64,000 nt of DNA, taken from NCBI GenBank assembly GCA_026396195.1, contig JAPLXH010000007.1:35006-99005 (forward strand). Reading direction: 5' to 3'. The notes below the pieces were generated by a model, which was not told where the DNA came from, searched no databases, and was given only the letters and a program-made list of their open reading frames with translations. The position numbers and the translations under genes are program-made. The stretch is from Candidatus Nealsonbacteria bacterium. GTDB taxonomy: Bacteria > Patescibacteriota > Minisyncoccia > Minisyncoccales > JAGGXC01. This document shows positions 1 to 8,351 of this stretch, piece by piece; position 1 is the stretch's first letter, and every line of letters starts with the position of its first letter.

Positions 1-112
1 TACGATTAATTTTAAATTTCATTTTTTAATTATACCATATGGCAATTATTTCTAATAAAAAAAAATTCCGCCTCTTGGTGGAATTTTTGAAAAATTATTT
101 TGTTTTCATTGT

Positions 113-1153
113 TTATTCCTCGGGCTCTTTCGAAACGAATTTATCGATTATTTCCATTATTCTCTTTTTAATCAGTTCGATGCCAACTTTCAGTAGAAGT
201 AAAAGGCCGGTTAAGCAAATAAGCGAATCCATCGCTCTTAAAACCAAGGAAAAAGCAACTCCAACATTGGCCCCTAATCCGAAGCCTTGGAAAACCAACG
301 CTTGCGCTGCTTCTTGAATGCCCAATTGAGCCGGAATAGGAGACATGTCGGCTAAATTAAAAAAACCGTAGGCAGCGAGTGCCTTTAAAACATTTAATCC
401 TCCTTGAAAGAAAAAAATTAAAAGCCAAGCTCTCATTAAAATAATTGAATATTTTAAAAGTGAATTTCCTATCGCTATCCACATTTCTTTTTTTCTTGGT
501 TTAAAAAATTTAAGCGTTTCTTGTTCTCCGCCAAAAATTAATTTCCCCCCCTTGCCCTCTTTGACTTTTTCAGGATCTTTGCCAAAAATTTTTAACAACC
601 CGGATAAAACACTCTGGCCTTTGAAACTTTTAATATAGAAATTTATAAGCAAAACAACAAAAATAGCGGTTATTATTCCTCCGGCAATTAATACTTTACT
701 GGCGGGGAAGTAACCTGCTGTAATGGGAAAAATTAAAACTCCTAAAATTAAAAATGGAAAAAAGATAGTAGCATCTACGGCTCTAAAAATGAAAACAGCT
801 GCTCCGCTTTTTTCCCAAGGTAAAAAATATTTTTTGGTTAAAGTATAGGTCATGAAAAACTCGCCACCCCAAATGGCGAAAGGAGATAAATAGGAAATAG
901 CAACACCTGGAAGCCAGGTCTGAGCAACTCCCCAATAAGAAATATTATAACCCTGGCTTTTTAAAATAAACTTTAGCTTCCAAATATCGATTAAAGCAAT
1001 AATTAAAGTTAAAAATAAAATAACACAAAATCCTCGAAGGGAAAACAAAGAAAAAGCCTGGGCAATGTCGTTAAACCCGACTTTTGAAGTGACGATGCCA
1101 AAAACAACCACGCCTATTGTTAAAGAAATCAAAAATAATAAAATTTTTTTCAT
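113..1153 (-). CDS. Lysylphosphatidylglycerol synthase TM-region / flippase-like (UPF0104) membrane protein
   Basis: 346 aa multi-TM; SYLSP..GGE and SPIPAQLGIQE motifs typical of the family. Confidence 0.75.
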   Translation of the reverse strand: MKKILLFLISLTIGVVVFGIVTSKVGFNDIAQAFSLFSLRGFCVILFLTLIIALIDIWKLKFILKSQGYNISYWGVAQTWLPGVAISYLSPFAIWGGEFFMTYTLTKKYFLPWEKSGAAVFIFRAVDATIFFPFLILGVLIFPITAGYFPASKVLIAGGIITAIFVVLLINFYIKSFKGQSVLSGLLKIFGKDPEKVKEGKGGKLIFGGEQETLKFFKPRKKEMWIAIGNSLLKYSIILMRAWLLIFFFQGGLNVLKALAAYGFFNLADMSPIPAQLGIQEAAQALVFQGFGLGANVGVAFSLVLRAMDSLICLTGLLLLLKVGIELIKKRIMEIIDKFVSKEPEE

Positions 1154-1243
1154 AAGCAGATAATCTAATTATAGTCCAGTTGGTTTAAAAAAGTAAAACA
1201 GCGCTTTAAACAAGGTCCCATCAGAGGCGCCCTCTAACGCTGT

Positions 1244-1717
1244 TTATCTTCTGTACTCAATTTTTTTTATTTTGTATTTTGTTTTTACTGCCAAGGGAAC
1301 GATTATTTCCTCTCCTGTTTTATGGCCCAATAAAGCCTGGCCCAAAGGCGACTCGTTGCTGATCTCGCCTTCAAAAGGATTCGTTTCCAAGTGCCCGACT
1401 ATTCTGAATTTATCTATTTGATTGTTTTTGCTCTCAAGCCAAACCTGAGCCCCCAAATTAACAACCTCTCTTTTTGCTTTAGCCGGAGGTTCAATTAATT
1501 GAAAATTTTTTAAAATATATTTAAGCTCCGATATTTTATTTTCTAAAAAATTCAAATCCTCCTGAAAACTTAAATATTCAGGGTTTATTTCTTCGGATTG
1601 TAAAAATTGGGGAATATCATCGGCTGATTTTGCCTTTCTGATTTTCCATAAGTCCTGATATTGTTTCTTTGTTTTTTCCAATCCTTCCTTGGTTAAATAA
1701 ATTTTTCCTTCTTCCAT
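1244..1717 (-). CDS. GreA/GreB-family transcription elongation factor-like protein
   Basis: YLTKEG N-terminus, ISNESPLGQALLG C-terminal motif; likely start MEEGK at 1717 rather than 1771. Confidence 0.8.
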   Translation of the reverse strand: MEEGKIYLTKEGLEKTKKQYQDLWKIRKAKSADDIPQFLQSEEINPEYLSFQEDLNFLENKISELKYILKNFQLIEPPAKAKREVVNLGAQVWLESKNNQIDKFRIVGHLETNPFEGEISNESPLGQALLGHKTGEEIIVPLAVKTKYKIKKIEYRR

Positions 1718-1817
1718 AAATTTTTTTATTTTTTTCTTCTTTATTTTTATTTTTTGAAGAAAGTTTGTCAAGAACTTGAAAATAATTTAAAATGATGTAT
1801 AACATATTTTTAACTTT

Positions 1818-2846
1818 ATGATAGAAATTGACGGCTCTCATGGCGAAGGCGGGGGCCAAATCTTAAGAACAGCTTTGGCTTTGTCGGCAATAACCAAAAA
1901 AGAATGCCGGATTTTAAATATCAGAAAGGGTCGGGAAAGGCCAGGATTGGCCCATCAGCATCTTTTGGAGGTTCAAACCCTGTCCCTGCTTTGCCAAGGC
2001 AAGTTAGAGGGAGATTTTCTAGGGTCGAAAGAGATTAAATTTTTTCCCGGAAAAATTAAAAACGGCCGGCAATCGTTCAACATCAAGGTGCCTGCTGCCG
2101 AAAGCATAACCTTGCTTTTACAGGGATTGCTGCCTTTTTGTTTATTAAGCGAATCTCCAACAACTCTTATTATTGAAGGAGGAGCAACTGATACTTTTTT
2201 TTCTCCGACCATTGATTATTTTCAATATTGTTTTTTAAGAGTTTTAGAAAAGCTGGGAGGAAAAATAGAAATAGAAATTTTAAAAAAAGGATATTACCCG
2301 GAAGGAAATGCCAATTTAAAAATTAAAATAATTCCTTCAAAATTAAAAAAAATCAACCTTGTGGAAAGAGGAGAATTTAAAAAAATCAGGGTTTTTTCGG
2401 GAGCTTCCGAGTTTTTAAAATCAAAAAAAGTGGCTGAAAGACAATTAGCCGGAATAAGGGAGGTTCTTGGAGAGTTAAACCTAAATGTTGAAGAAAAGGC
2501 AGAATATTATCAGACTCAATGCCCGGGAAGCCAGGTTTGTATAATCTGCGAATTCGAAAATACAATTATCGGAACCGACGGCCTGGGAAAATTTGGAAAA
2601 AGAGCCGAGGATATTGGAAAGGAAACGGCTCTGGAACTTTTAAAAGAGCAAAAAAGCAACGCCTGTCTTGATAAACGCCTAGCTGACCAAATTTTAATTT
2701 ACTTGGCTTTAATTGAAAGAAAAAGCTCGGTAACTGTTTCAGAAGTTACCGAGCATTGTAAAACCAACATTTGGGTAATTGAAAAATTTTTGGAGGGAAA
2801 CTTTGAAATAAAAAATAATCTGATAAAGCGGACTCCATCCCTCTAA
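1818..2846 (+). CDS. rtcA: RNA 3'-terminal phosphate cyclase
   Basis: IDGSHGEGGGQILRTAL, GYYPEG, LADQ, and catalytic His in TEHCKTN. Confidence 0.93.
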   Translation: MIEIDGSHGEGGGQILRTALALSAITKKECRILNIRKGRERPGLAHQHLLEVQTLSLLCQGKLEGDFLGSKEIKFFPGKIKNGRQSFNIKVPAAESITLLLQGLLPFCLLSESPTTLIIEGGATDTFFSPTIDYFQYCFLRVLEKLGGKIEIEILKKGYYPEGNANLKIKIIPSKLKKINLVERGEFKKIRVFSGASEFLKSKKVAERQLAGIREVLGELNLNVEEKAEYYQTQCPGSQVCIICEFENTIIGTDGLGKFGKRAEDIGKETALELLKEQKSNACLDKRLADQILIYLALIERKSSVTVSEVTEHCKTNIWVIEKFLEGNFEIKNNLIKRTPSL

Positions 2847-4097
2847 CTAAAATAAATTGCCTTGCTGAGACAATTTTTTTTGTTCTTCTTTGGAAAAAAT
2901 TTTAATTTTTCCGTAAACTCCGTCGTATCCGGGCTCAATATAAATTTTACCCTCTCTGCTTCTTAAAACCCCTTCTGCGATTTCAGGCCTGGAAACCTTC
3001 TCAAGGTCTTTCAAAGAAGTTTCCAGTAAAACATTGAATTCGTTTCCGAAGTTCTTAATTAAATTTTCATACTCTTTCGTTGTTTTTTTTGTTCCAACCC
3101 CTATTCCCAAGCTTTCGGCGATTATTTCTTGCAGAGGAATCAAACTTTTAAAAGGAATCGCATTTTGAGGTTTAAATCCTTCGGGCCGGTCGGAAAGCTT
3201 TTCTATTCTGTTTAAAACGCCTATTGTCAGACCTTTGCCGCAAACCGGACAAATGTTTCCGCATTTCTTAGATTCTTTGGGAGAAAAATTTACTCCGCAA
3301 TTGCGATGCCCATCATAATGGTATTTTCCTTCTTGAGGATAAAATTCAATCGTATAAAGAAATTTTTTAGGGTTTTTTGATTTTATCGCCTCAACAATAT
3401 TTGAATAACTTAAAAAATCTAAATCAAAAATATTCGCTTCACGGCCGATTTTAGCCGGACTGTGGGCGTCGCTGTTGGAAATAAGGGTAATTTTATCCAA
3501 AGCGGAAATCCGCCAGTTCATTGCCGGGTCAGAAGATAATCCGGTTTCTCCGGCAAAAATATAACAGGAGTATTCTTCAAAACATTCTTCGATAGAATCA
3601 AACCCTGATTTGGAGCCGAACAAAGAAAACCAAGGCGTCCAAATATGGCAGGGAATCAAAACACAATCTTTGGAGATGCTAAAAACAATTTTTGCCAATT
3701 CTTTCGAGTCCAAGCCCAGAATAGGCCGGCCATCGGATTTCAAATTACCGATTAAGCCAAGCTGGGTATTTATTTTTTCAGCTATTTCAAAAGAAGGAGA
3801 AAAAATTAAATTATGAATTTTGCGGACCTTGTTGTTTTTACTGTAAATACCGGAAATTTCTACGGTCAATATGAATCTTATTTTTGAGTCGGATTTTTTC
3901 AATTTAAATAAACCGGGCTCCGCCATTTCCAGTTTTTCTTTCAAACCTTTAAACCATTGAGGGTGGGTAAAATCACCCGTACCTAAAACATCAATTCCTT
4001 TAACTCTTGCCCATTTATCCAAGCTATCCAAATCCATCTGGGGAGAGGTAGCTCTGGAATACTTTGAATGAATATGAAAATCGGCAACTATTTTCAT
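2847..4097 (-). CDS. Endonuclease Q family PHP-domain protein (TIGR00375-like)
   Basis: DFHIHSKYS, GTGDFTHP, SNSDAHS, GKYHYDGHRNC..CPVC zinc motif, PGYDGVYG. Confidence 0.85.
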   Translation of the reverse strand: MKIVADFHIHSKYSRATSPQMDLDSLDKWARVKGIDVLGTGDFTHPQWFKGLKEKLEMAEPGLFKLKKSDSKIRFILTVEISGIYSKNNKVRKIHNLIFSPSFEIAEKINTQLGLIGNLKSDGRPILGLDSKELAKIVFSISKDCVLIPCHIWTPWFSLFGSKSGFDSIEECFEEYSCYIFAGETGLSSDPAMNWRISALDKITLISNSDAHSPAKIGREANIFDLDFLSYSNIVEAIKSKNPKKFLYTIEFYPQEGKYHYDGHRNCGVNFSPKESKKCGNICPVCGKGLTIGVLNRIEKLSDRPEGFKPQNAIPFKSLIPLQEIIAESLGIGVGTKKTTKEYENLIKNFGNEFNVLLETSLKDLEKVSRPEIAEGVLRSREGKIYIEPGYDGVYGKIKIFSKEEQKKLSQQGNLF

Positions 4098-4158
4098 TTT
4101 TTAATCTTTTATAAAAAATACATCCCCTTCTCTCCTTTGACAGGGCAACGCCGCATTT

Positions 4159-4632
4159 TTATCTTTTTTTATTTTTATTAATCTTTTTTACCTCTTCTTT
4201 CAAAATTTTATTTTCAAAAAAACCAAAACCGACAAAAATAGCAATCATCAATAAAGTGGTAGCGAAAGAAATAAAATAAAGACCTAGTCCCACGGCCATT
4301 CCCATGGCTGCTGTAACCCATAAACCGGCTGCCGTGGTTATGCCTTCGATTTTAGATTCTTTTTGAAAAATAACTCCTGCCCCGATAAAACCGATTCCCA
4401 TCGCCACTGCCTGGACGATGGTCGAAGACCCCAAATAAAAACCGGACTCCGCGACAGAGGATTTAAATAACGCCATTCCTGTTATGGCGAAAACACAAGA
4501 ACCCAAACTTACCAAGCTGTAGGTTTTCAAGCCCGCTCCCTTTTCTTTAAATTCTCTTTCCAAGCCGATTATAGCTCCAAGACAAACTGCCATTATCAAC
4601 TGAAAAAAAATTTGAAAATTAATAATATTCAT
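4159..4632 (-). CDS. MgtC/SapB family membrane protein
   Basis: IGLERE..AGLKT, GIGFIGAGVI, GITTAAGLW motifs. Confidence 0.9.
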   Translation of the reverse strand: MNIINFQIFFQLIMAVCLGAIIGLEREFKEKGAGLKTYSLVSLGSCVFAITGMALFKSSVAESGFYLGSSTIVQAVAMGIGFIGAGVIFQKESKIEGITTAAGLWVTAAMGMAVGLGLYFISFATTLLMIAIFVGFGFFENKILKEEVKKINKNKKR

Positions 4633-4647
4633 TTTAAAAAAATAAAC

Positions 4648-4917
4648 CTAGACTTTATAAACCTTATAATCTTCCCTGGCTTTTTCTTTTATTTTTAACC
4701 CGATGGAAGAACCGGACTTGGCGGTTTTTATTTTTTTGCGGTCAATTTCCATTGAATCAACTTCCTGGGTAAAGTCGGTATTTTCTCCGCCGACAATCCT
4801 GATTGAATCTCCGACTTTCAAGGCTCCGGTTAAATCAATCACAGCTACCCCGATGTTGCTGTAATAATGAGAAATTTTTCCTATTAATTTGTCTTTTTTT
4901 TGTTTTGTTTGAGCCAT
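4648..4917 (-). CDS. Small translation-factor-like beta-barrel protein (EF-Tu domain II / U32 C-terminal-like)
   Basis: IGKISHYYSNIGVAVI..LKVGD.IRI..VDSMEID pattern. Confidence 0.65.
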   Translation of the reverse strand: MAQTKQKKDKLIGKISHYYSNIGVAVIDLTGALKVGDSIRIVGGENTDFTQEVDSMEIDRKKIKTAKSGSSIGLKIKEKAREDYKVYKV

Positions 4918-4939
4918 ATTTTTTTATTATTTTTTTAAA

Positions 4940-5485
4940 TTATCGACCTTTTTTGTCTTTTATTAATTTAATAACCTCGCTGACTAATTTTTTAGGGTCG
5001 GACTCATAGGCTATTCTTAGCTTTCCCCGAAAAGGCTTTCTTATTAATCCCTTTATCATGTCGGCCGTCCCTCCCGAACCTATTAAAACGCCGATTGGTT
5101 TTTGGTCTTCAAAAGCGATTGTAAACTCATTTAACGTTCCCATTCTTCCGCAAATAACAATTATCGCATCAGCGGCTCTAGTCATCAGAAGATTCCTCCC
5201 CGCATAGTCAAAACCGGTATAAACCATGGTGTCAAAAGCATCAAGAGGAAGGCGATAGGCTTTCTTGTGGGATAGCTCTGAAGCGGCCGGAGAAAAACCG
5301 ATACTTATTCCGCCGGCTTTCTGCGCTCCCTTGGCGGAAAAATAAGGAACTCCGGTGGTTGCCCCGGTAACTATAATGCAATCCTGACGGGCAATTTCTT
5401 TGCCGACCTCTTCAGCCAATTTTTCTACGTTTTCGCAACAATGGACTATCTGAGCAGCTCCTGAAACCGCAATTTTGTATTTCAT
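4940..5485 (-). CDS. LOG/SLOG family protein (TIGR00725-like)
   Basis: IAVSGAA, VTGATTGVP, GRNLL, GRMGTLNE motifs. Confidence 0.85.
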   Translation of the reverse strand: MKYKIAVSGAAQIVHCCENVEKLAEEVGKEIARQDCIIVTGATTGVPYFSAKGAQKAGGISIGFSPAASELSHKKAYRLPLDAFDTMVYTGFDYAGRNLLMTRAADAIIVICGRMGTLNEFTIAFEDQKPIGVLIGSGGTADMIKGLIRKPFRGKLRIAYESDPKKLVSEVIKLIKDKKGR

Positions 5486-5544
5486 AATTTTTACTTATAT
5501 GGATTAGTTAATTGATTATATTGTATTTTAACAGATTTAAATAA

Positions 5545-5586
5545 AAACAAAAAAGAACAGACAGTCGTTATTCACAACCGCCTGTT
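5545..5586 (-). terminator. Intrinsic terminator
   Basis: AACAGGCGGTTGT-loop-ACGACTGTCTGTT followed by CTTTTTTGTTTTT on the minus strand. Confidence 0.65.
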
Positions 5587-5705
5587 TGAGAGAAATGAAC
5601 GAAAATTTAATAATTTTAGTGTTCTTAAGCTAGTTGGGCAACAGCTAATTGCGCAAACACTTCCATTACTAAACCTTATTGCCCTATTTGTCCTTCTCTC
5701 AGTTT
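5545..5705 (-). ncRNA. Candidate rod-shaped structured ncRNA (6S-like?) with intrinsic terminator
   Basis: Minus-strand nested pairings GAGAGAA/TTCTCTC, GGAC/GTTC, TTTAGTAAT/ATTATTAAA, AGTGTT/AACACT, AGCT/AGCT; TTGACG at 5730-5735 upstream; hairpin plus T-tract downstream. Confidence 0.45.
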
Positions 5706-5804
5706 TGATATTAATGTTTAAAAACTATTCGTCAAGTTTAAAAACTTATTTTTTCCCCCTCTTTTTTTCCACTATTTATTAACAATTTTTACAGACAAGC
5801 TGTG

Positions 5805-5983
5805 TGCCCTCGACAGGAGTCGAACCTATATTTCAAGCTTCGCCTTGAACCGCAATAATGCGCCTGACTGGATTCGAACCAGTAATCTTTGGCTTCGGAG
5901 GCCAACGCTCTATCCGTTGAACTACAGGCGCATAAGGTTATGGGGCAAGAAGGCTCGCGCTCTGTCCATTGAACTACGAGGGC
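5805..5983 (-). tRNA. tRNA-Arg (most likely UCU) interrupted by a 107-nt insertion (5841-5947) that contains a second tRNA
   Basis: 5' exon GCCCTCG TA GTTC AATGGACA GAGC G CGAGC CT TCT (5983-5948); 3' exon AA GCTTG AAAT ATAGG TTCGACT CCTGT CGAGGGC A (5840-5805); all four stems pair; A20 Arg identity element. Alternative junction gives anticodon TCG. Confidence 0.8.
5859..5931 (-). tRNA. tRNA-Arg(CCG), nested inside the interrupted tRNA-Arg
   Basis: GCGCCTG TA GTTC AACGGATA GAGC G TTGGC CT CCG AA GCCAA AGATT ACTGG TTCGAAT CCAGT CAGGCGC A; complete cloverleaf, no encoded CCA. Confidence 0.95.
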
Positions 5984-5999
5984 GTATTACAGACACTAA

Positions 6000-6713
6000 T
6001 TATTTTTCAACTACCAAATAAATATTGGCTTTCTTGTTTTTGCCTCTGGAAAAAAATCCCGAGTCTCTCACGTGAAAACCGGACTTTTTAGCTAAACCTT
6101 CCAGCTCCTTTTTGTCAAAACAATGGAAATAACGCTCAGCTCTCTTTTTTTCTTGAGACCCCTTCCAGAGATAAAGAATATCTTTTTGATCTAATTTTGA
6201 CTTTCCAAAAAATCTTAAAATTGTATACTTTAATAAAAACCAGAAGGTTTCCTTTTTGCTCCAAAGATTCCAAACCGTTAAAATTAAAAGTCCTTTATTT
6301 TTTAAAACTCTTTTTGCTTCCTCTAAAAATTTTAAGCGAAAGTTATCGGACGGAATATGATGTAAAACAGCGATACAATAAATTTTATCAAAAGAATTAT
6401 CGGGAAAAGACAAATTTAAGGCTTCGGCTATCGAAAACCTGGAAGCTTCTTCCGGATATTTTTCCTTGGCAATTTTAATAAGCTCTTCGGAACTGTCCAC
6501 CCCGGCATAGTTTATGTTTTTTTCTCTTAACAATCCGAAAAGCCGGCCATTGCCGCAACCCAAATCCAAAACCTTGTCTCCGGGCTCAATGTATCTTGCC
6601 AAGGGAATCAATTCTTCCCACAAAAAAGCTCGGGAATCGGAAAATTCCTTGGATATAACATCATATCCCTTGCGACCCTCTACTAATAAATATTCCGCAT
6701 ATTTTTCATCCAT
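6000..6713 (-). CDS. Class I SAM-dependent methyltransferase, Trm9/ALKBH8-like
   Basis: VLDLGCGNGR motif I; CIAVLHHIPS and RVLK..GLLILTVW, ERYFHCF resemble the Trm9/ALKBH8 MTase domain; likely start MDEKY at 6713. Confidence 0.75.
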   Translation of the reverse strand: MDEKYAEYLLVEGRKGYDVISKEFSDSRAFLWEELIPLARYIEPGDKVLDLGCGNGRLFGLLREKNINYAGVDSSEELIKIAKEKYPEEASRFSIAEALNLSFPDNSFDKIYCIAVLHHIPSDNFRLKFLEEAKRVLKNKGLLILTVWNLWSKKETFWFLLKYTILRFFGKSKLDQKDILYLWKGSQEKKRAERYFHCFDKKELEGLAKKSGFHVRDSGFFSRGKNKKANIYLVVEK

Positions 6714-8286
6714 GAAAATAGAAAAAATTATAATAAAAGAATTAATAAATAAAAAAGCAAAAACCTCCGAAGAGCTGGCTAAAACTAAAAGGGAAATGGC
6801 TAAAAAATTTAAAATCCCTTGTTTTTCCAATGTCCAGCTTATTCAAGCTTATCATGAATTGTTGAAAGAAAAAAGAATAAAGAGAGATGAAAGTTTGGAA
6901 AAAATTCTCAGAAAAAGGCCTGTTAGGACTCTTTCGGGAGTGGCCGTTGTTTCCGTTCTGACCAAGCCATATTCCTGCCCGGGAAAATGTATTTTCTGCC
7001 CAACTGAAAAAGGATTGCCGAAAAGTTATTTAAAGGGAGAACCGGCGGCAGAAAGAGCTCTAAAATTAAACTTTAACCCCTATTTGCAGGTTCAAAAAAG
7101 GATTGAAAGCTTGAAAAAACAAGGACACCCTACCGATAAAATTGAGTTAAGAGTTATTGGGGCCACTTTTTCTTCGTATCCGAAAAATTATAAAATTTGG
7201 TTCTTTGCTAATTTATTCAGCGCTGCTAATGGAAAAAAAGAAATAAAAAAATCTGATATTAAAATTTTCAAAAAAGAGAAAAAAATAAACGAAAAAACAA
7301 AAAATAGGATTGTGGGAATCTCGATTGAAACCAGGCCCGATTTTATAAACGAAAAAGAAATTCTTTTAATGAGGATGCTGGGAATTACAATGGTGGAATT
7401 GGGGGTTCAAGCGGTTAGCGAAAAAATTCTCAAAAAATCAAACCGGGGCCACGGCTTAAAAAAAATAATTTCAGCCACGAAATTATTAAAAGATGTTGGA
7501 TTTAAAATAATGTACCAAATGATGCCCAATCTCCCCGGCTCCGATTTAAAAAAGGATTTTTTGGCTTTTGAAGAAATTATTAATAATGGCGCTTATAAGC
7601 CCGACTGGTTGAAAATTTATCCTTGCCTAGTTTGCAAGGGCTCGGAGCTATATAAGACTTGGAAACAAGGAAATTACAAATCATATTCTGATAAAGACTT
7701 GATTGAACTTTTAATTAAAGTAAAAACCGTTCTTCCTCGCTGGATAAGATTAGCCCGCCTTTTTCGGGATATACCAGCTCAAAAAATCGAATCAGGTTCA
7801 AAAATTTCCAACTTAAGAGAGGTTGTCCAAAAAGAAATGAAAAAAAGAAACTTGAATTGCAATTGCATAAGATGCCGGGAAATAAAAGAAAACTTTGACC
7901 CTAATGAAAAGATTTTTCTTTTCAGGGAAGATTATCAAGCTTCCGGAGGAAAAGAAACTTTTTTGAGTTTTGAAAATAAAAAAAGAACAAAACTTTTTGC
8001 TTTTTTAAGACTCAGATGGTCTAAAAATAATTTTATTCCTGTTTTGAATAATTCTTCTATTGTCAGAGAACTTCATACTTACGGACAACAAACTCCTTTA
8101 GAAGAAAATTCTTTGGCAGTTCAGCATAAAGGCTTGGGCAAAAAATTGATTAAAGAAGCTGAAAAAATTACTAAAAAAGAATTTCATCTACCAAGAATCG
8201 CAGTGATCTCGGGAATAGGAGTAAGGGAATATTACAAAAAATTAGGTTACAGATTAGATGGCGAGTACATGACAAAAAAGCTATAA
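6712..8286 (+). CDS. elp3: Elp3 radical SAM/KAT tRNA U34 carboxymethyltransferase
   Basis: CPGKCIFC cluster motif, ETRPD, VELGVQ, RLFRDIP, VRELHTYG, QHKGLG, VISGIGVREYYKKLGY; likely start MKIEK at 6712. Confidence 0.93.
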   Translation: MKIEKIIIKELINKKAKTSEELAKTKREMAKKFKIPCFSNVQLIQAYHELLKEKRIKRDESLEKILRKRPVRTLSGVAVVSVLTKPYSCPGKCIFCPTEKGLPKSYLKGEPAAERALKLNFNPYLQVQKRIESLKKQGHPTDKIELRVIGATFSSYPKNYKIWFFANLFSAANGKKEIKKSDIKIFKKEKKINEKTKNRIVGISIETRPDFINEKEILLMRMLGITMVELGVQAVSEKILKKSNRGHGLKKIISATKLLKDVGFKIMYQMMPNLPGSDLKKDFLAFEEIINNGAYKPDWLKIYPCLVCKGSELYKTWKQGNYKSYSDKDLIELLIKVKTVLPRWIRLARLFRDIPAQKIESGSKISNLREVVQKEMKKRNLNCNCIRCREIKENFDPNEKIFLFREDYQASGGKETFLSFENKKRTKLFAFLRLRWSKNNFIPVLNNSSIVRELHTYGQQTPLEENSLAVQHKGLGKKLIKEAEKITKKEFHLPRIAVISGIGVREYYKKLGYRLDGEYMTKKL

Positions 8287-8351
8287 ATAGTATAATTATT
8301 GTAATTGAAAAAAATCAAAGTCGAAAAAATTAATTTATAAATAAAAAATAT

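Noticed and set aside
5841-5947. Self-splicing group I intron or archaeal BHB intron
   Set aside because: Only 34 nt lie outside the inner tRNA, too few for a catalytic core; no 3-4-3 bulge-helix-bulge could be drawn at the junctions
6514-6830. Long overlap of the MTase and Elp3 ORFs as listed in the ORF track
   Set aside because: The extensions are antisense read-through of the partner gene; family-like sequence begins at 6713 and 6712
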